From NCBI GenBank assembly GCA_965248575.1, contig CBDFJQ010000002.1:4832001-4896000 (forward strand): a stretch of 64,000 bases of DNA. The letters run 5' to 3'. A program made the translations under genes and the position numbers. Under the pieces are notes generated by a model, which saw only the letters and a list, made by a program, of their open reading frames with translations, was not told the DNA's origin and searched no databases. Below, piece by piece: positions 16,990 to 26,721 of the stretch. Within the stretch, counting starts at the first letter, position 1; every line of letters begins with the position of its first letter. The DNA comes from Planctomycetota bacterium (GTDB lineage Bacteria; Planctomycetota; B15-G4).

Positions 16990-18249
16990 ATGAGGATCCA
17001 TTGGATCGTTGCAGGTGTTGCTTGGGTCTGGCTTGGGGTGTGCGCGGAGGGTCATGCGCTGCTTCAGTCGGATGCCTTGCCCGTCCTGAAAGCCCGGAAG
17101 CCGGTGACGTCCACCATCGAGGATGGCGACCGCACGGTGATCAGCGACCGCATCAAGCAGGCCTACACCGATGCCACCGTGATCGGGAAGCGCTTCCGCA
17201 TCGAGTTCTCGAAGGCGGGGACGTACACCTTCGACCTACGGAGTCCGTACTTCGACAGCTATCTGGTATTGAGGGATTCCACGGGTGAGCTCGTGGCCGA
17301 AGATGACGACGGCCTTGTCTCCGTGCACGCGCGCATCGTGGTCCAGTTGGAAGCGGGCAAGGCGTATCACCTGGATGCCTGCGCCCTGCATGGTCAGCGC
17401 GGCTCGTTTGACCTCAACATGACCAAGGGCGAGCCCGCACCTGGGCAGGGCATCGAATGGACGGACGAGGAGGTCGACCTCAGGTTAAAAATCGTCTTCT
17501 CGGAAGAGATGTGGAAGAAGGTCAAGGTGGTGAAGAGCAAGCACTACCTGATCTTCACGGACGGAAGTTCAGGGAAGAAGTTCGGCAAGATCCTCGACAA
17601 GGAGATCTACGGCGGCTTCAAGAAGCTCTTCCCTTTCGAGAAGCCGGACAACGTGCGGCTGATGCCGATCTATCTCTTCAACACGCGCGAAGGCTACATC
17701 GACTTCCTGATGCGGTACCTGGACATGGAGCAGGGCCAGGCAGAGCGCACTGGCGGCATCCAGTACCAGGACTTCTACTCCACCTCCTACAGCAGCCCGC
17801 GTGACCCCACGCACTTCCATGAGTGCGCGCACCAGATCATGTCGACCATCTTCCGCCTGAACGGCGGCGGTTCCTGGTATCAGGAGGGCATCGCCGAGTA
17901 CTACGAGGACAAGATCAACAAGTTCAATCGTGAGGCGGAGACCCGCATGGCCATCCGGACGGATCAGTCCGTCTCGTGGAAGGACCTGCTCACTGCCGAG
18001 TCGATGCTGTTCAGCGCTGGCGAGAACAAGAAGGGTGGCGGCGGCGCCAGGGGCAACTACGGCCTGGCGGCCTCCGTGATCTTGTTCCTGAAGGAAGGAG
18101 CCCACAAGAAGCTCTTCGACGACTTCCTGCAGAAGATGGGCAAGGTCCCGCGCAGCGATCTCGACGCTATCGAGGCCGTTTTTCAGGAGGTCTATGGCAA
18201 GACGTCCTCGGAGCTGGAGCAGGAGTGGCTGGAGTTCTTTGCGGGCTGA
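16990..18249 (+). CDS. Secreted protein: PPC-like beta domain + gluzincin-like (HExxH...E) metallopeptidase domain
   Basis: Signal peptide; FDSYLVLRD...VAEDDDG (PPC-like); HECAH...WYQEGIAEY; SD GAGGGAG before ATG 16990. Confidence 0.7.
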   Translation: MRIHWIVAGVAWVWLGVCAEGHALLQSDALPVLKARKPVTSTIEDGDRTVISDRIKQAYTDATVIGKRFRIEFSKAGTYTFDLRSPYFDSYLVLRDSTGELVAEDDDGLVSVHARIVVQLEAGKAYHLDACALHGQRGSFDLNMTKGEPAPGQGIEWTDEEVDLRLKIVFSEEMWKKVKVVKSKHYLIFTDGSSGKKFGKILDKEIYGGFKKLFPFEKPDNVRLMPIYLFNTREGYIDFLMRYLDMEQGQAERTGGIQYQDFYSTSYSSPRDPTHFHECAHQIMSTIFRLNGGGSWYQEGIAEYYEDKINKFNREAETRMAIRTDQSVSWKDLLTAESMLFSAGENKKGGGGARGNYGLAASVILFLKEGAHKKLFDDFLQKMGKVPRSDLDAIEAVFQEVYGKTSSELEQEWLEFFAG

Positions 18250-18308
18250 CAGCTCAATGTGCGGGAGCCGTGCAGATGCTGGGGTGAGCACCCGTTATGA
18301 TCCGCGCC

Positions 18309-18746
18309 ATGTTTGATCCTGCCACGCACCTACTCTGCACGCTGCTGACCCCTCTCGCCGACGGTTCGTCCACCGATTGGATTTCTGCGCGCGCTGCGCT
18401 CGAGGCGGCCGACGAGGCTGAGGGGGACCTGCTCGCTCTGCTCGAAACGCGCGACAGCGCCGGCTTGACCGCACTGCTTGAAGCCTGGGCTTCGGGTGAG
18501 GTGCTGCGCCCTGTTCACGACCGCGGCGTCCTCAAGCGGGCCGTGAAGGCGTTCCGCAAGCGGCTCAAGATCGCTCGGCTGGATCAGGAGTCGCGGATTG
18601 GCGGCGCCTTCAGCAAGGGGGAGCGCTCGGGCATCGTGGGGGCGGAGCCGCCGGACTCCTATCCGCCCGATGTGTGGGCGGAGCTGGTGCGGGTCGGTCG
18701 CTTGCTCGAAGCAGGGAACCGGGCGCTTGAGCTGCCTCCGGAGTAG
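18309..18746 (+). CDS. Hypothetical protein
   Basis: GC3-rich ORF; KRAVKAFRKRLKIARLDQES...SGIVG...WAELVRVGRL; start 18309 or 18297. Confidence 0.65.
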   Translation: MFDPATHLLCTLLTPLADGSSTDWISARAALEAADEAEGDLLALLETRDSAGLTALLEAWASGEVLRPVHDRGVLKRAVKAFRKRLKIARLDQESRIGGAFSKGERSGIVGAEPPDSYPPDVWAELVRVGRLLEAGNRALELPPE

Positions 18747-18782
18747 CGCGTCTCAACTTTCCCCGGGTGTCCGTAGCGGCTC

Positions 18783-20249
18783 TTGCTCTTCAACTCACTC
18801 GAATTCCCGCTGTTCTTCGTTGCCGTGGTGGTGCTGTGCGCGCTCGTGCCGCAGCGCGGGCGCTGGGGCCTGCTGCTCGTCGCCAGCTATCTGTTCTACG
18901 CCGCTTGGGAGCCCGGATACCTCGCGCTGATCGTCGCGTCGACCCTGGTGGACTATGCCGCGGGTCGTGCCATGGGCGCCCACGCCGAGCGGGCGGGGAG
19001 GCGACCCTGGCTGCTGGTGAGCTTGGCGGCGAACCTCGGGCTGCTGTTCACCTTTAAGTACTACGACTTCTTCCGCTTGTCGCTCACAGGGCTCGCCGAG
19101 GCGTTTGATGTGTCGGTGCATCCACCGGCACTCGACCTCTTGCTCCCCGTGGGCATCAGCTTCTACACCTTCCAAACCCTCAGCTACTCGCTGGATGTCT
19201 ACCGCGGCGACAGGGATCCGGAACGGCACCTCGGCTTCTTCGCCCTCTATGTCGCCTTCTTTCCGCAGCTGGTGGCGGGGCCCATCGAGCGCAGCACGCG
19301 CTTGCTGCCGCAGCTGCGCGGCGCCCTCGGCGGCCTGGATATGGAGCGCCTGCGCAGCGGGCTGCTGCTCATGCTCTGGGGGTTCTTCAAGAAGCTCGTC
19401 ATCGCCGATCGTCTGGCGGTCTACGTCCAAGCGGTGTACGGCGACGCGGGTACGCATGCGGGCGCTCCGGTCGTGCTCGCCACCTACTTCTTCGCCTTCC
19501 AGATCTACTGCGACTTCTCGGGCTACTCCGACATCGCCATTGGCGCCGCGCGCATCCTGGGCGTCGATCTCATGCAGAACTTCCGCCGACCCTACCTGGC
19601 GACCTCCGTGCGTGAGTTCTGGGGTCGATGGCACATCTCCCTCAGCACCTGGTTCCGGGACTACCTCTACATCCCGCTCGGAGGGAATCGCCGCGGGCCG
19701 GGTCGGCGTGGGTTCAATGTGTTCCTGGTCTTCCTGCTCAGCGGTCTCTGGCACGGGGCCAGCTGGACGTTTCTCCTGTGGGGAGCGCTGCACGGTCTCT
19801 ACATGCTGGTGGGCTCACTCTGGGAGGCGAAACGTGCGCCGTCCGTCAGCCCGCCAAGTGGCCTTCGGCGCGTGATGGCAGGGCTGCTGACCTTCCATCT
19901 GGTGCTTGTCGCCTGGGTCATGTTTCGTGCCGACGACCTGGCAACTGCGGGGCGCTTGTTGGTTTCCATGGCACCGGGCGCCGAGGGAATCCATGACGTG
20001 CTGGCACCACTGGCAGCCCTGGGGGCTCGTGCGACCTATGAGTTCTGGTTGTGCATCGGTTCGGTGGTGGGCCTGCTCGTGTTTCAGCTCATCCAGGAAC
20101 GACTGGAACGGCAAGATCGACAGGACCTGCTCAAGCGACTCCTCCAGGTGCCGCTCTGGATTCGCTGGCCCGTCGTGTACGCACTGCTGCTGGGCGTCCT
20201 GATGCTGGGCGAGTTCAAGCTGACCGAGTTCATCTACTTCCAGTTCTAG
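18783..20249 (+). CDS. MBOAT family O-acyltransferase (AlgI/PatA-like)
   Basis: MLFNS, LPVGISFYTFQ, FFPQLVAGPIER, QIYCDFSGYSDIAIG, FWGRWHISLS, SGLWHGA, FIYFQF. Confidence 0.95.
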   Translation: MLFNSLEFPLFFVAVVVLCALVPQRGRWGLLLVASYLFYAAWEPGYLALIVASTLVDYAAGRAMGAHAERAGRRPWLLVSLAANLGLLFTFKYYDFFRLSLTGLAEAFDVSVHPPALDLLLPVGISFYTFQTLSYSLDVYRGDRDPERHLGFFALYVAFFPQLVAGPIERSTRLLPQLRGALGGLDMERLRSGLLLMLWGFFKKLVIADRLAVYVQAVYGDAGTHAGAPVVLATYFFAFQIYCDFSGYSDIAIGAARILGVDLMQNFRRPYLATSVREFWGRWHISLSTWFRDYLYIPLGGNRRGPGRRGFNVFLVFLLSGLWHGASWTFLLWGALHGLYMLVGSLWEAKRAPSVSPPSGLRRVMAGLLTFHLVLVAWVMFRADDLATAGRLLVSMAPGAEGIHDVLAPLAALGARATYEFWLCIGSVVGLLVFQLIQERLERQDRQDLLKRLLQVPLWIRWPVVYALLLGVLMLGEFKLTEFIYFQF

Positions 20250-20258
20250 TCGGAATCC

Positions 20259-21251
20259 ATGACTGCGCGCTTCCTCTTGGCTTCGATCGTGTTTCTCGCG
20301 GGGGCTTGTGCCCTGTGCCTCGCCCTCGATGGCGTGAGTACTCGGACGGCTGCCGTTTACGCCGTGGAGCGTGGGCGCATTGAACGCCTGCTGGATCGTG
20401 CGGAGGAGATCACGGATCTGGCGGCAGGGAACTCGCAAGGTCGATCCGTGGCCTTCGATGCCCTGGGGTTGGACGGCTTCCATCTCTGGAGGGCGGGGGC
20501 TGATCTGGCGGAGAACGAGTACCTGCTGCGGACATTCCTCCCGCGGCTTCCCTCGGTCCGGCGCGTCGTGTTCGTGCTGTCCCACTTTTCGTTCCAGCGC
20601 GACAACAGTCTCGAGCTGGAGGTCGACCGGCGTGCCATTCGTCGTCAACTCTATGCCGTGGCCCCCGGGGCTCAGTGGGTGCGTGGCGACTTTCTGGGCT
20701 GGGTCGGCGGTCGTATGGGAACTCTAGCGCGGCAAGACCACTGGTGGGAGGTGATGCAGGTCCTGGCAGGTGCACAGGATCCCGTGGACCCCCGGGCCGT
20801 GGCGGCCATCCACGACGACGGAATGCCTACGGCTGCGGTGAACCTACGCCGTCGGACGCCCGAAGAGCTGCAGCGCCACGCTCAGGAGAGCAGGGTCCCT
20901 CGCCAGTTGCGCATCAGTCGCGAGTCCCTGCAGTTGGCTCCCGAGACGCCCGACCGTTGTGAGCGATCGCTGCTGGCGATTGTTGAGCTCTGTCGCGAGG
21001 CGAGTGTGGAGTTGTTGTTCGTCTTGCCGCCGGTCAGCCGCGCGTACGCCGAAGCCTATGACCCTGCCGTGGTTCGTGACATGCGGAGACGGATGGACCG
21101 TCTCGTTTCTGAGCACGGCATCCGCTTCCACGACTTCTACGAAGACGCAGAATTCGCAGACCGCGCCGAGTGGTTCATGGACTCAGACCACCTGAATCGG
21201 GACGGAGCGCGGGCCTTCTCGGAGCTGCGGCTCGCGCCCCTGCTGCGCTGA
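20259..21251 (+). CDS. SGNH-like periplasmic partner of MBOAT (AlgJ/DltD-like)
   Basis: N-terminal TM; AGNS block I; FMDSDHLN (DxxH); 9 bp downstream of MBOAT. Confidence 0.7.
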   Translation: MTARFLLASIVFLAGACALCLALDGVSTRTAAVYAVERGRIERLLDRAEEITDLAAGNSQGRSVAFDALGLDGFHLWRAGADLAENEYLLRTFLPRLPSVRRVVFVLSHFSFQRDNSLELEVDRRAIRRQLYAVAPGAQWVRGDFLGWVGGRMGTLARQDHWWEVMQVLAGAQDPVDPRAVAAIHDDGMPTAAVNLRRRTPEELQRHAQESRVPRQLRISRESLQLAPETPDRCERSLLAIVELCREASVELLFVLPPVSRAYAEAYDPAVVRDMRRRMDRLVSEHGIRFHDFYEDAEFADRAEWFMDSDHLNRDGARAFSELRLAPLLR

Positions 21252-21295
21252 CATCGGCGTTCACCCGTCCCGCGCCTTCCCCCAGGCCTCGGACC

Positions 21296-22492
21296 TCAGA
21301 CGGGCTTCTGAGCGTCCCCGCGGCTCTTGCGGGGGAATCCGATGTGCCGGTCGCTGATCCGCCCTTCCTCCATGGTCGCCCGGATCATGGCGTCGAACTG
21401 CCGGTCGAAGCGGCGCAGGATCATGTAGCCGGGTCCCACGAGGTTGGGGCCGGACTCAGCCCGGATGCTCGCAGCCAGCGCGTAGTGGCCGGGGTGGGTT
21501 TCTGCCGTGTGCCACCAGTAGTTGGGGACGCGTAGCACGTCGCCGGGGGCCATCTCGAGGCGCACCCGGGGGACATTGAGGAAGGCGCTGAACCCCCGTT
21601 GGCGGAGGGCCTCGTCTGATTCGCGGACGTCGATGTTGCTGCCTGCATAGTTGGTCTTGGACTTGACCCGGGGCTGCATCGCCGCTGTGTAGTAGGGGTG
21701 GGCGAGAGTCCAGGTCTTCACGCCCTTCGTCAACACGAAGAAGTTGTCGGCGGGCTCCGCGTGCAGGAGGGTGAACGCTTTCTCCGGCTGCATGATCAGT
21801 TGGGCGCTGGTGACCTTGCCCACGTACAGCTTGGAGCGGAGCCAGTGGTGTTGGTTCGCCTCCCACCCGCTGAGCCGTTCCCAGTACGGAAGGTCGAGGT
21901 CGTTGCGCAGACGACCGTTGTCATGGTGCATCACGTCCTCGGCGGCGGCGAAGCGCATGCCCCCACCGCGCCGGATGGAGGCGGCCACCTCCGAGAGCGT
22001 CCCCGTTCGGAAGTCGTAGTAGTGGTGGCCCTTGGAGGGCCGGCTCAGGTCTTCGGATGGACGGTCGAGGGCTTCATTGATGGGGACGGAGCATTCGCCC
22101 GCCAGGTCGTCCAGGGACTCCAGCGTCCAACTCATGGCTGGCAGCTTTCGGGCACCGTCCTTGAGGACGAAGGGAATCCGCATGGACATCAGCAGGGCCA
22201 TGTCTTCGGAATCCAGCTCTTCGTGGGCGAAGGTTGGAACCTCGAGGATGCTTGAAGAGGTGCGGGCTTCCCTGAGTCGACGGTTGATCCGTTCGCAGGA
22301 CTTGTCGTACCCGCGCTTGAGAAAACCCTCTTCGTACTGTGCGTCGTGGGTCGGGGAGTAGACCATCACGCCCCGGTGTGCCAGCGCAATGTAGTAGACC
22401 CAGTATCGCAGCCGATCCAGAAACGGGATCCGCACCGCTGTGCAGGCTTGGCGGAAGCTCTCTGCAGTTGCCTTGACCGATGAGTGGGACAT
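21296..22492 (-). CDS. JmjC/cupin-8-like Fe(II)/2-oxoglutarate hydroxylase
   Basis: TLLHAE (HxE), GVKTWTL, PGDVLRVPNYWWH. Confidence 0.85.
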   Translation of the reverse strand: MSHSSVKATAESFRQACTAVRIPFLDRLRYWVYYIALAHRGVMVYSPTHDAQYEEGFLKRGYDKSCERINRRLREARTSSSILEVPTFAHEELDSEDMALLMSMRIPFVLKDGARKLPAMSWTLESLDDLAGECSVPINEALDRPSEDLSRPSKGHHYYDFRTGTLSEVAASIRRGGGMRFAAAEDVMHHDNGRLRNDLDLPYWERLSGWEANQHHWLRSKLYVGKVTSAQLIMQPEKAFTLLHAEPADNFFVLTKGVKTWTLAHPYYTAAMQPRVKSKTNYAGSNIDVRESDEALRQRGFSAFLNVPRVRLEMAPGDVLRVPNYWWHTAETHPGHYALAASIRAESGPNLVGPGYMILRRFDRQFDAMIRATMEEGRISDRHIGFPRKSRGDAQKPV

Positions 22493-22554
22493 GGTGGGTG
22501 TCCAGTGGCTTGGCGAAGGTGTCGAACGTCTGCTGCAGCTTCGGTGCTCGGTCC

Positions 22555-23334
22555 TTAGCCCTGGCTTTTGTCCTTTCCGAGGAGCTTGCGAGCCGCCTGG
22601 AGGGCGCGCGACCTGGCTCTCTCGGCCGTGGCAGGGGTGATGCCGAAGTGCGCGGCGAGGTCCTCGGTGGTCGCGCCCTCCCTCAGAAGGACGAGAATCT
22701 GGGCGTCGCGGTGGGACATCCGGGAGGCGATCCGGGCGATTTGCTCCAACTCCTCTCGCTTGATGGATCTCTCGACGGGGTGTTGATCGGCTCGATCGGC
22801 CACGGGAAGGTCGTGCTCTTCGGGCATGGCGACCCGCCTGTCTTCCGACCTCGACTGGGCCGTGTTGTGCCGAACCTTGGTTTTTGCTTTCCAGCCCACA
22901 CGTTTGTTGAGCAAGGCCAGGAACTCACCACGTGTCGAGAAGCGCAGTTCGGCCCACGATTCCCAGGTGTCGCAGATGACGCTGTCCAGCAGGTCGACGG
23001 TGTCGGTGAGACGGCGAAGCCCCGACGAATGGGGAAGGGCGCGCGAACCCGCCTTCTTCATCGCGAGAAAGAAATGCCAGACGAACTCGTCGGCGACCTT
23101 GCGGGGGGCCGTACGCAGATGGGAGTGGATCTCACCGAGTACGGCATCGTCGAGCCTGGACCCAGCTTCCATCCGGCGTTTCACCGCAAGTCTGGCTTGG
23201 TCGGTCTCCAGGAATGCCCGCGACTCAGGCCCCAAAGATAGCTGGGCGTAGCTGCGCACACTCTCCTCGGAAAACAACGTGGACCCAACGTCCGTGCTGG
23301 ACTCCGGAGCGGGCTCGCGATGGGGAGTGGACAT
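22555..23334 (-). CDS. Atypical ECF sigma-70-like factor with N-terminal extension
   Basis: DTVDLLDSV...F...GEFLALL (region 2-like); MSHRDAQILVL...TTEDLAAHFGITPATAERARSRAL (region 4 HTH); start 23334 or 23424. Confidence 0.7.
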   Translation of the reverse strand: MSTPHREPAPESSTDVGSTLFSEESVRSYAQLSLGPESRAFLETDQARLAVKRRMEAGSRLDDAVLGEIHSHLRTAPRKVADEFVWHFFLAMKKAGSRALPHSSGLRRLTDTVDLLDSVICDTWESWAELRFSTRGEFLALLNKRVGWKAKTKVRHNTAQSRSEDRRVAMPEEHDLPVADRADQHPVERSIKREELEQIARIASRMSHRDAQILVLLREGATTEDLAAHFGITPATAERARSRALQAARKLLGKDKSQG

Positions 23335-23395
23335 GCTGCGATTCGTTAGGGGTCTGATGGAAGGCTTGCTTGCCCTGCTCGTCACTGGAGGTCGT

Positions 23396-24187
23396 TCACT
23401 GCTGTCGTTCGCCCGGCTCTTCATCCTTGCGGGCGTAGATGTTGCCGATCCACATTGCCTCGAACGTCCGCCGGCCGCTATCGACCGCTGAGCTGCCGAT
23501 CTCCAGATGCGAGTCGGTGCTGGGTCCCTGGCCGGGGTCGGGGAAGTGGAAGCCGAAGTCCAGGATCTTGGCGCCTTGATCGCCGGCCACGAAACCGTGG
23601 ATGTTGGCGCGGGTGCGAGTCAGCGTCGAGGTCCGGCCTGGCGTCAGCACTGCGCTCGAGACCTCGCGCAACAGAAAGGGCTTCCCGTGCTCGGATGGCA
23701 TCGGCGCGCCTTGCTCGGGCTCGAAGTGACGGACTTGAGTCTCACCTTTGACGCCGAGCGTGACGAAATCGTAGGCGACATGATTGTGGGGCGGGATGAC
23801 CGCACCGGGCTCCAGTTCGAGCTCGACCACCACGAAGGCTCCCTCAAAGAAGGCGGGCCCCGTCGTCAGACCGTCTCCTTGGTAGGCATCGAACTTGCGA
23901 CCTGGAAAGGCTGAGGGATCCAGTCGAGCCAGACCGGCGCAGAGTTCATGGAGGGCAGCCTCGTCGGCGTCGGACTCCGATGTCGTGATGGCTTGAGCGC
24001 GGCCGGCCCATTGCTCGAAGAAGGCTGCGACATCTCCACTCGCATGGGCGTCGTCGTTTGCTTGGGTGCGGCCGTGGGCTTGGGCCCAACTCGTCAGCAC
24101 TCCCATGGCGGGGAGCGCCAGGGCTCCACGCAGGAATGCACGTCGGCGCACGGCGACCCCCGGGTGCGGATGATGTTTGCTTTCCAT
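23396..24187 (-). CDS. Tat-exported cupin, cysteine/cysteamine dioxygenase (PCO/ADO)-like
   Basis: VRRRAFL twin-arginine signal ending in AQA; IPPHNH...NIHGFVA...ILDF 3-His cupin pattern. Confidence 0.7.
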   Translation of the reverse strand: MESKHHPHPGVAVRRRAFLRGALALPAMGVLTSWAQAHGRTQANDDAHASGDVAAFFEQWAGRAQAITTSESDADEAALHELCAGLARLDPSAFPGRKFDAYQGDGLTTGPAFFEGAFVVVELELEPGAVIPPHNHVAYDFVTLGVKGETQVRHFEPEQGAPMPSEHGKPFLLREVSSAVLTPGRTSTLTRTRANIHGFVAGDQGAKILDFGFHFPDPGQGPSTDSHLEIGSSAVDSGRRTFEAMWIGNIYARKDEEPGERQQ

Positions 24188-24343
24188 ATGCAGCAAGCTC
24201 CAACCAAAGGGTGTTCGAGTGTGTGTCCTTGCCGATGAGCGGCGTGACGCAGGCGTGCCCTGACTCTCAGGCAAGAGTCGTCGTCTGTCAAAGCATCGCA
24301 AGGTGACGTGTTCATGCTGCAGAGCTGCGTTGGATGCCAGCGC

Positions 24344-25324
24344 CTAGAACAGCCGCGATTGCTGTTGAGGTTTTCCGAGCTGATTCCATGGAAGTTCGGG
24401 TACGGAAGCACCCCGTTGCTCAAGCAGCGCTTGCAGTCGCCGGGCAATGAAGGGCGAGTGGTCTTCGATCGGGCAATGGCAGAAGGCATAGACCTCCCGT
24501 TGCTCCTCCAACCAACCCTGGATCAGCTCGGCCCAACGCACGAGCCACGGGTCGTTGAGTTCTCGTTGTGGGTGGGCGATGAAGCGCAGCATCACGCGCT
24601 GACCGGGTGGCTCGATGGGAACCGGCAGCCGGGGTTTCTTGCGTGGGTTGTCTCTTTGAGGGTCGTCGTCGAAGTGGAAGACGGGGCGCGTGTCGAGAAT
24701 GACGCGCCCGACCTGGCGCTCACAGAGGGCAGCGTGCAAGCGGGGGGCCACGTCTGCGGAGAACCAACCCAGGTGCCGGAACTCGACCAGCAATTCGGGT
24801 GCTCCCGCAGGCCAGGCGTCGAGGAAGGCGAGCAGGTCTCCCATGAAGGCGGGGCCGTAGCGCGGTGGCAGCTGGAGCAGCACGGGGCCGCAGTGTTCGC
24901 CGAGCAAGGCCAATTGTCGCAAGGAGTGGTCGCGCAGATCGGGGCGCGCCATGAGCAGGCCTTCGTGCGTGAGTTCCCGCGGAAGTTTGGGGAGGATCTG
25001 GAAGCCCTGGGGCATGCTGTCGCGCCAGCGCTCAAGGGTGGCTGGTGCTGGCATTCCGTAGAAGAAGCTGTTGCCTTCGACCGCCTGGAAGCGCTGCACG
25101 TACTCTTCGAGGTGACGGCGTTGCGGGGTTCCCTCTGGGAAGACGGGGCCAATCCAGCCAGCGTGACACCAGACCGCACATCCAAGATGGAACCGGCCAG
25201 GCTGAATGGTCGCGCAAGGCTGGAGTGCGGCGTTCGGAGATGCCTTCGGTGTTTCCGGAGCGAGTCTCGACGGGCGATGGTCGGCGTCGCGAGTCGGAGA
25301 AGGGGGGGCATCCTTCGGTGGCAT
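24344..25324 (-). CDS. DUF72 (YecE-like) family protein
   Basis: LGCAVW...Y...FQAVEGNSFFY...KLPRELTH...LLQLPP...VEFRH...VYAFCHCP; start 25324 inferred (ORF open to 25555). Confidence 0.85.
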   Translation of the reverse strand: MPPKDAPPSPTRDADHRPSRLAPETPKASPNAALQPCATIQPGRFHLGCAVWCHAGWIGPVFPEGTPQRRHLEEYVQRFQAVEGNSFFYGMPAPATLERWRDSMPQGFQILPKLPRELTHEGLLMARPDLRDHSLRQLALLGEHCGPVLLQLPPRYGPAFMGDLLAFLDAWPAGAPELLVEFRHLGWFSADVAPRLHAALCERQVGRVILDTRPVFHFDDDPQRDNPRKKPRLPVPIEPPGQRVMLRFIAHPQRELNDPWLVRWAELIQGWLEEQREVYAFCHCPIEDHSPFIARRLQALLEQRGASVPELPWNQLGKPQQQSRLF

Positions 25325-25560
25325 GGAGCCATCATGCCAGCTCAAGGATCCCAAGAGCTGCAGCAATCGAGCTGGTTCTCGACGAGATCGAACGTCTCTT
25401 GAAGACCCCCGGGATGGTGGAGAACAAGGCTGAGAAGAAGACGGAAGCTGCAGCGCGCTGAGCTTTTCGACCTGCCGCCCGGCGTACACGACGTCGGCAG
25501 CCACGGAGCCGCTGGCGAGCGACCCCGTGGCCGTGATGGGCTGCGTCTGCGTCACAAGGT

Positions 25561-25773
25561 TCAGCTCGTTTCGAACTCGAGCTCGCCGACCGACCGGTTG
25601 CCACTCTCCTGCTGGACGATGATATCCAGGGCGTATTCGGTCTCATCGAAGAGGAATTGCTCCGGGATGCTGACCTCGGGTTTCTGTTCCGGGCCTTCCA
25701 TCATGAGCGTGAGCACGAGGTCTTCGCCGGAGACGGGGCTCTCGAACTCCAGCACGACGGTGTAGAAGGCCAA
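25561..25773 (-). pseudogene. Acidic 70-aa ORF, probably the C-terminal fragment of a larger beta-rich protein
   Basis: Coding-like codon usage but no good start/SD; in frame with and 33 bp after the stop of the upstream gene. Confidence 0.35.
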
Positions 25774-25806
25774 GGTGATCGCGACGGCCCGCTGCGGGCA
25801 CCTCGT

Positions 25807-26421
25807 TCATTCCAACCACGCGTGGGTCACGTATCCGTCGATGAACTTGATGACGGTGCTCTCCGATTCATCTTCGGATTCGTAGACCCAGCTCAGGGAT
25901 TTCTCATTGTTGCCCCAGGTCGTCGTGGGTGTGCCGTAACGCGCATAGATCTGGCCTGGAGACATGCCGAACACGCTGAGTGGCGCTGAATCCGTTTGCT
26001 CGCTGAGACTCTCGCGCAAGAAGCTCACCGCTTGGCGATCATGGTTGCGCGGGGTGCCGGGGCGCACGTGTCCAGGGCTGTGGGACGCCTCTGACACCGT
26101 CGTGATCAGTCGCTCACTGAGGGCATCGAAGAACTCGTTGAGTTCTGCCCTGGAGGGCGTTGCAGCTTCTCCGGCGCTGAGTGGCCGAGGGTCCAGGCCC
26201 AAGCTGCTGCTGTCTGCCCTGCCGTTGGCGTGGCCGCTAGAGGCGGACGGCAGTTCAAGGGCCCGACGCATCGCCGTCAGTTCACGCAGCAAGGGGTCGA
26301 GGTCGAAGTGGACCTCCGGCGCTGATGCAATCGCTGGGGCGCTCACGGGCGCGACCAGGAGACTTGCACAGAAGCCAGCTACCCCGCCGGCCAGCAAGGC
26401 GGCAACAATCTCGATCTTCAT
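25807..26421 (-). CDS. Membrane-anchored hypothetical protein with C-terminal SmpA/OmlA(BLIP)-like module
   Basis: N-terminal hydrophobic helix; GMSPGQIYARYGTP...WVY...VIKFIDGYVT. Confidence 0.6.
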   Translation of the reverse strand: MKIEIVAALLAGGVAGFCASLLVAPVSAPAIASAPEVHFDLDPLLRELTAMRRALELPSASSGHANGRADSSSLGLDPRPLSAGEAATPSRAELNEFFDALSERLITTVSEASHSPGHVRPGTPRNHDRQAVSFLRESLSEQTDSAPLSVFGMSPGQIYARYGTPTTTWGNNEKSLSWVYESEDESESTVIKFIDGYVTHAWLE

Positions 26422-26721
26422 CCTTGGCCTCAGGTTCTTCGGGTATCCATTCGGCGGCCCGCTCGCGCGGGCTTGTGGCTCAGGAGCATAGCGATGCCTG
26501 TGGCGTGACGATGTCTGGGCTGGCCAAACAGGTGGTCGGCGCTGGGGCTCGCACGACAGGATAGCCGTGCTTTTCTCAATCAGCGCGGCCATGACGGCGC
26601 CGCTGGTCGCCAAGCGGGCCGTTCGTGTCAACCGAATGCTCATCCGGCTTGTATCTACGGGTGAGACCACTGGCGGGAACCGCCGGCCGGCTCGATAACC
26701 ACCTTTGCGGGGACTCCTCCC

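Noticed and set aside
18783..21251. MBOAT + SGNH pair as a novel system
   Set aside because: Matches the established AlgI/AlgJ and PatA/PatB O-acylation arrangement; only the substrate is unknown
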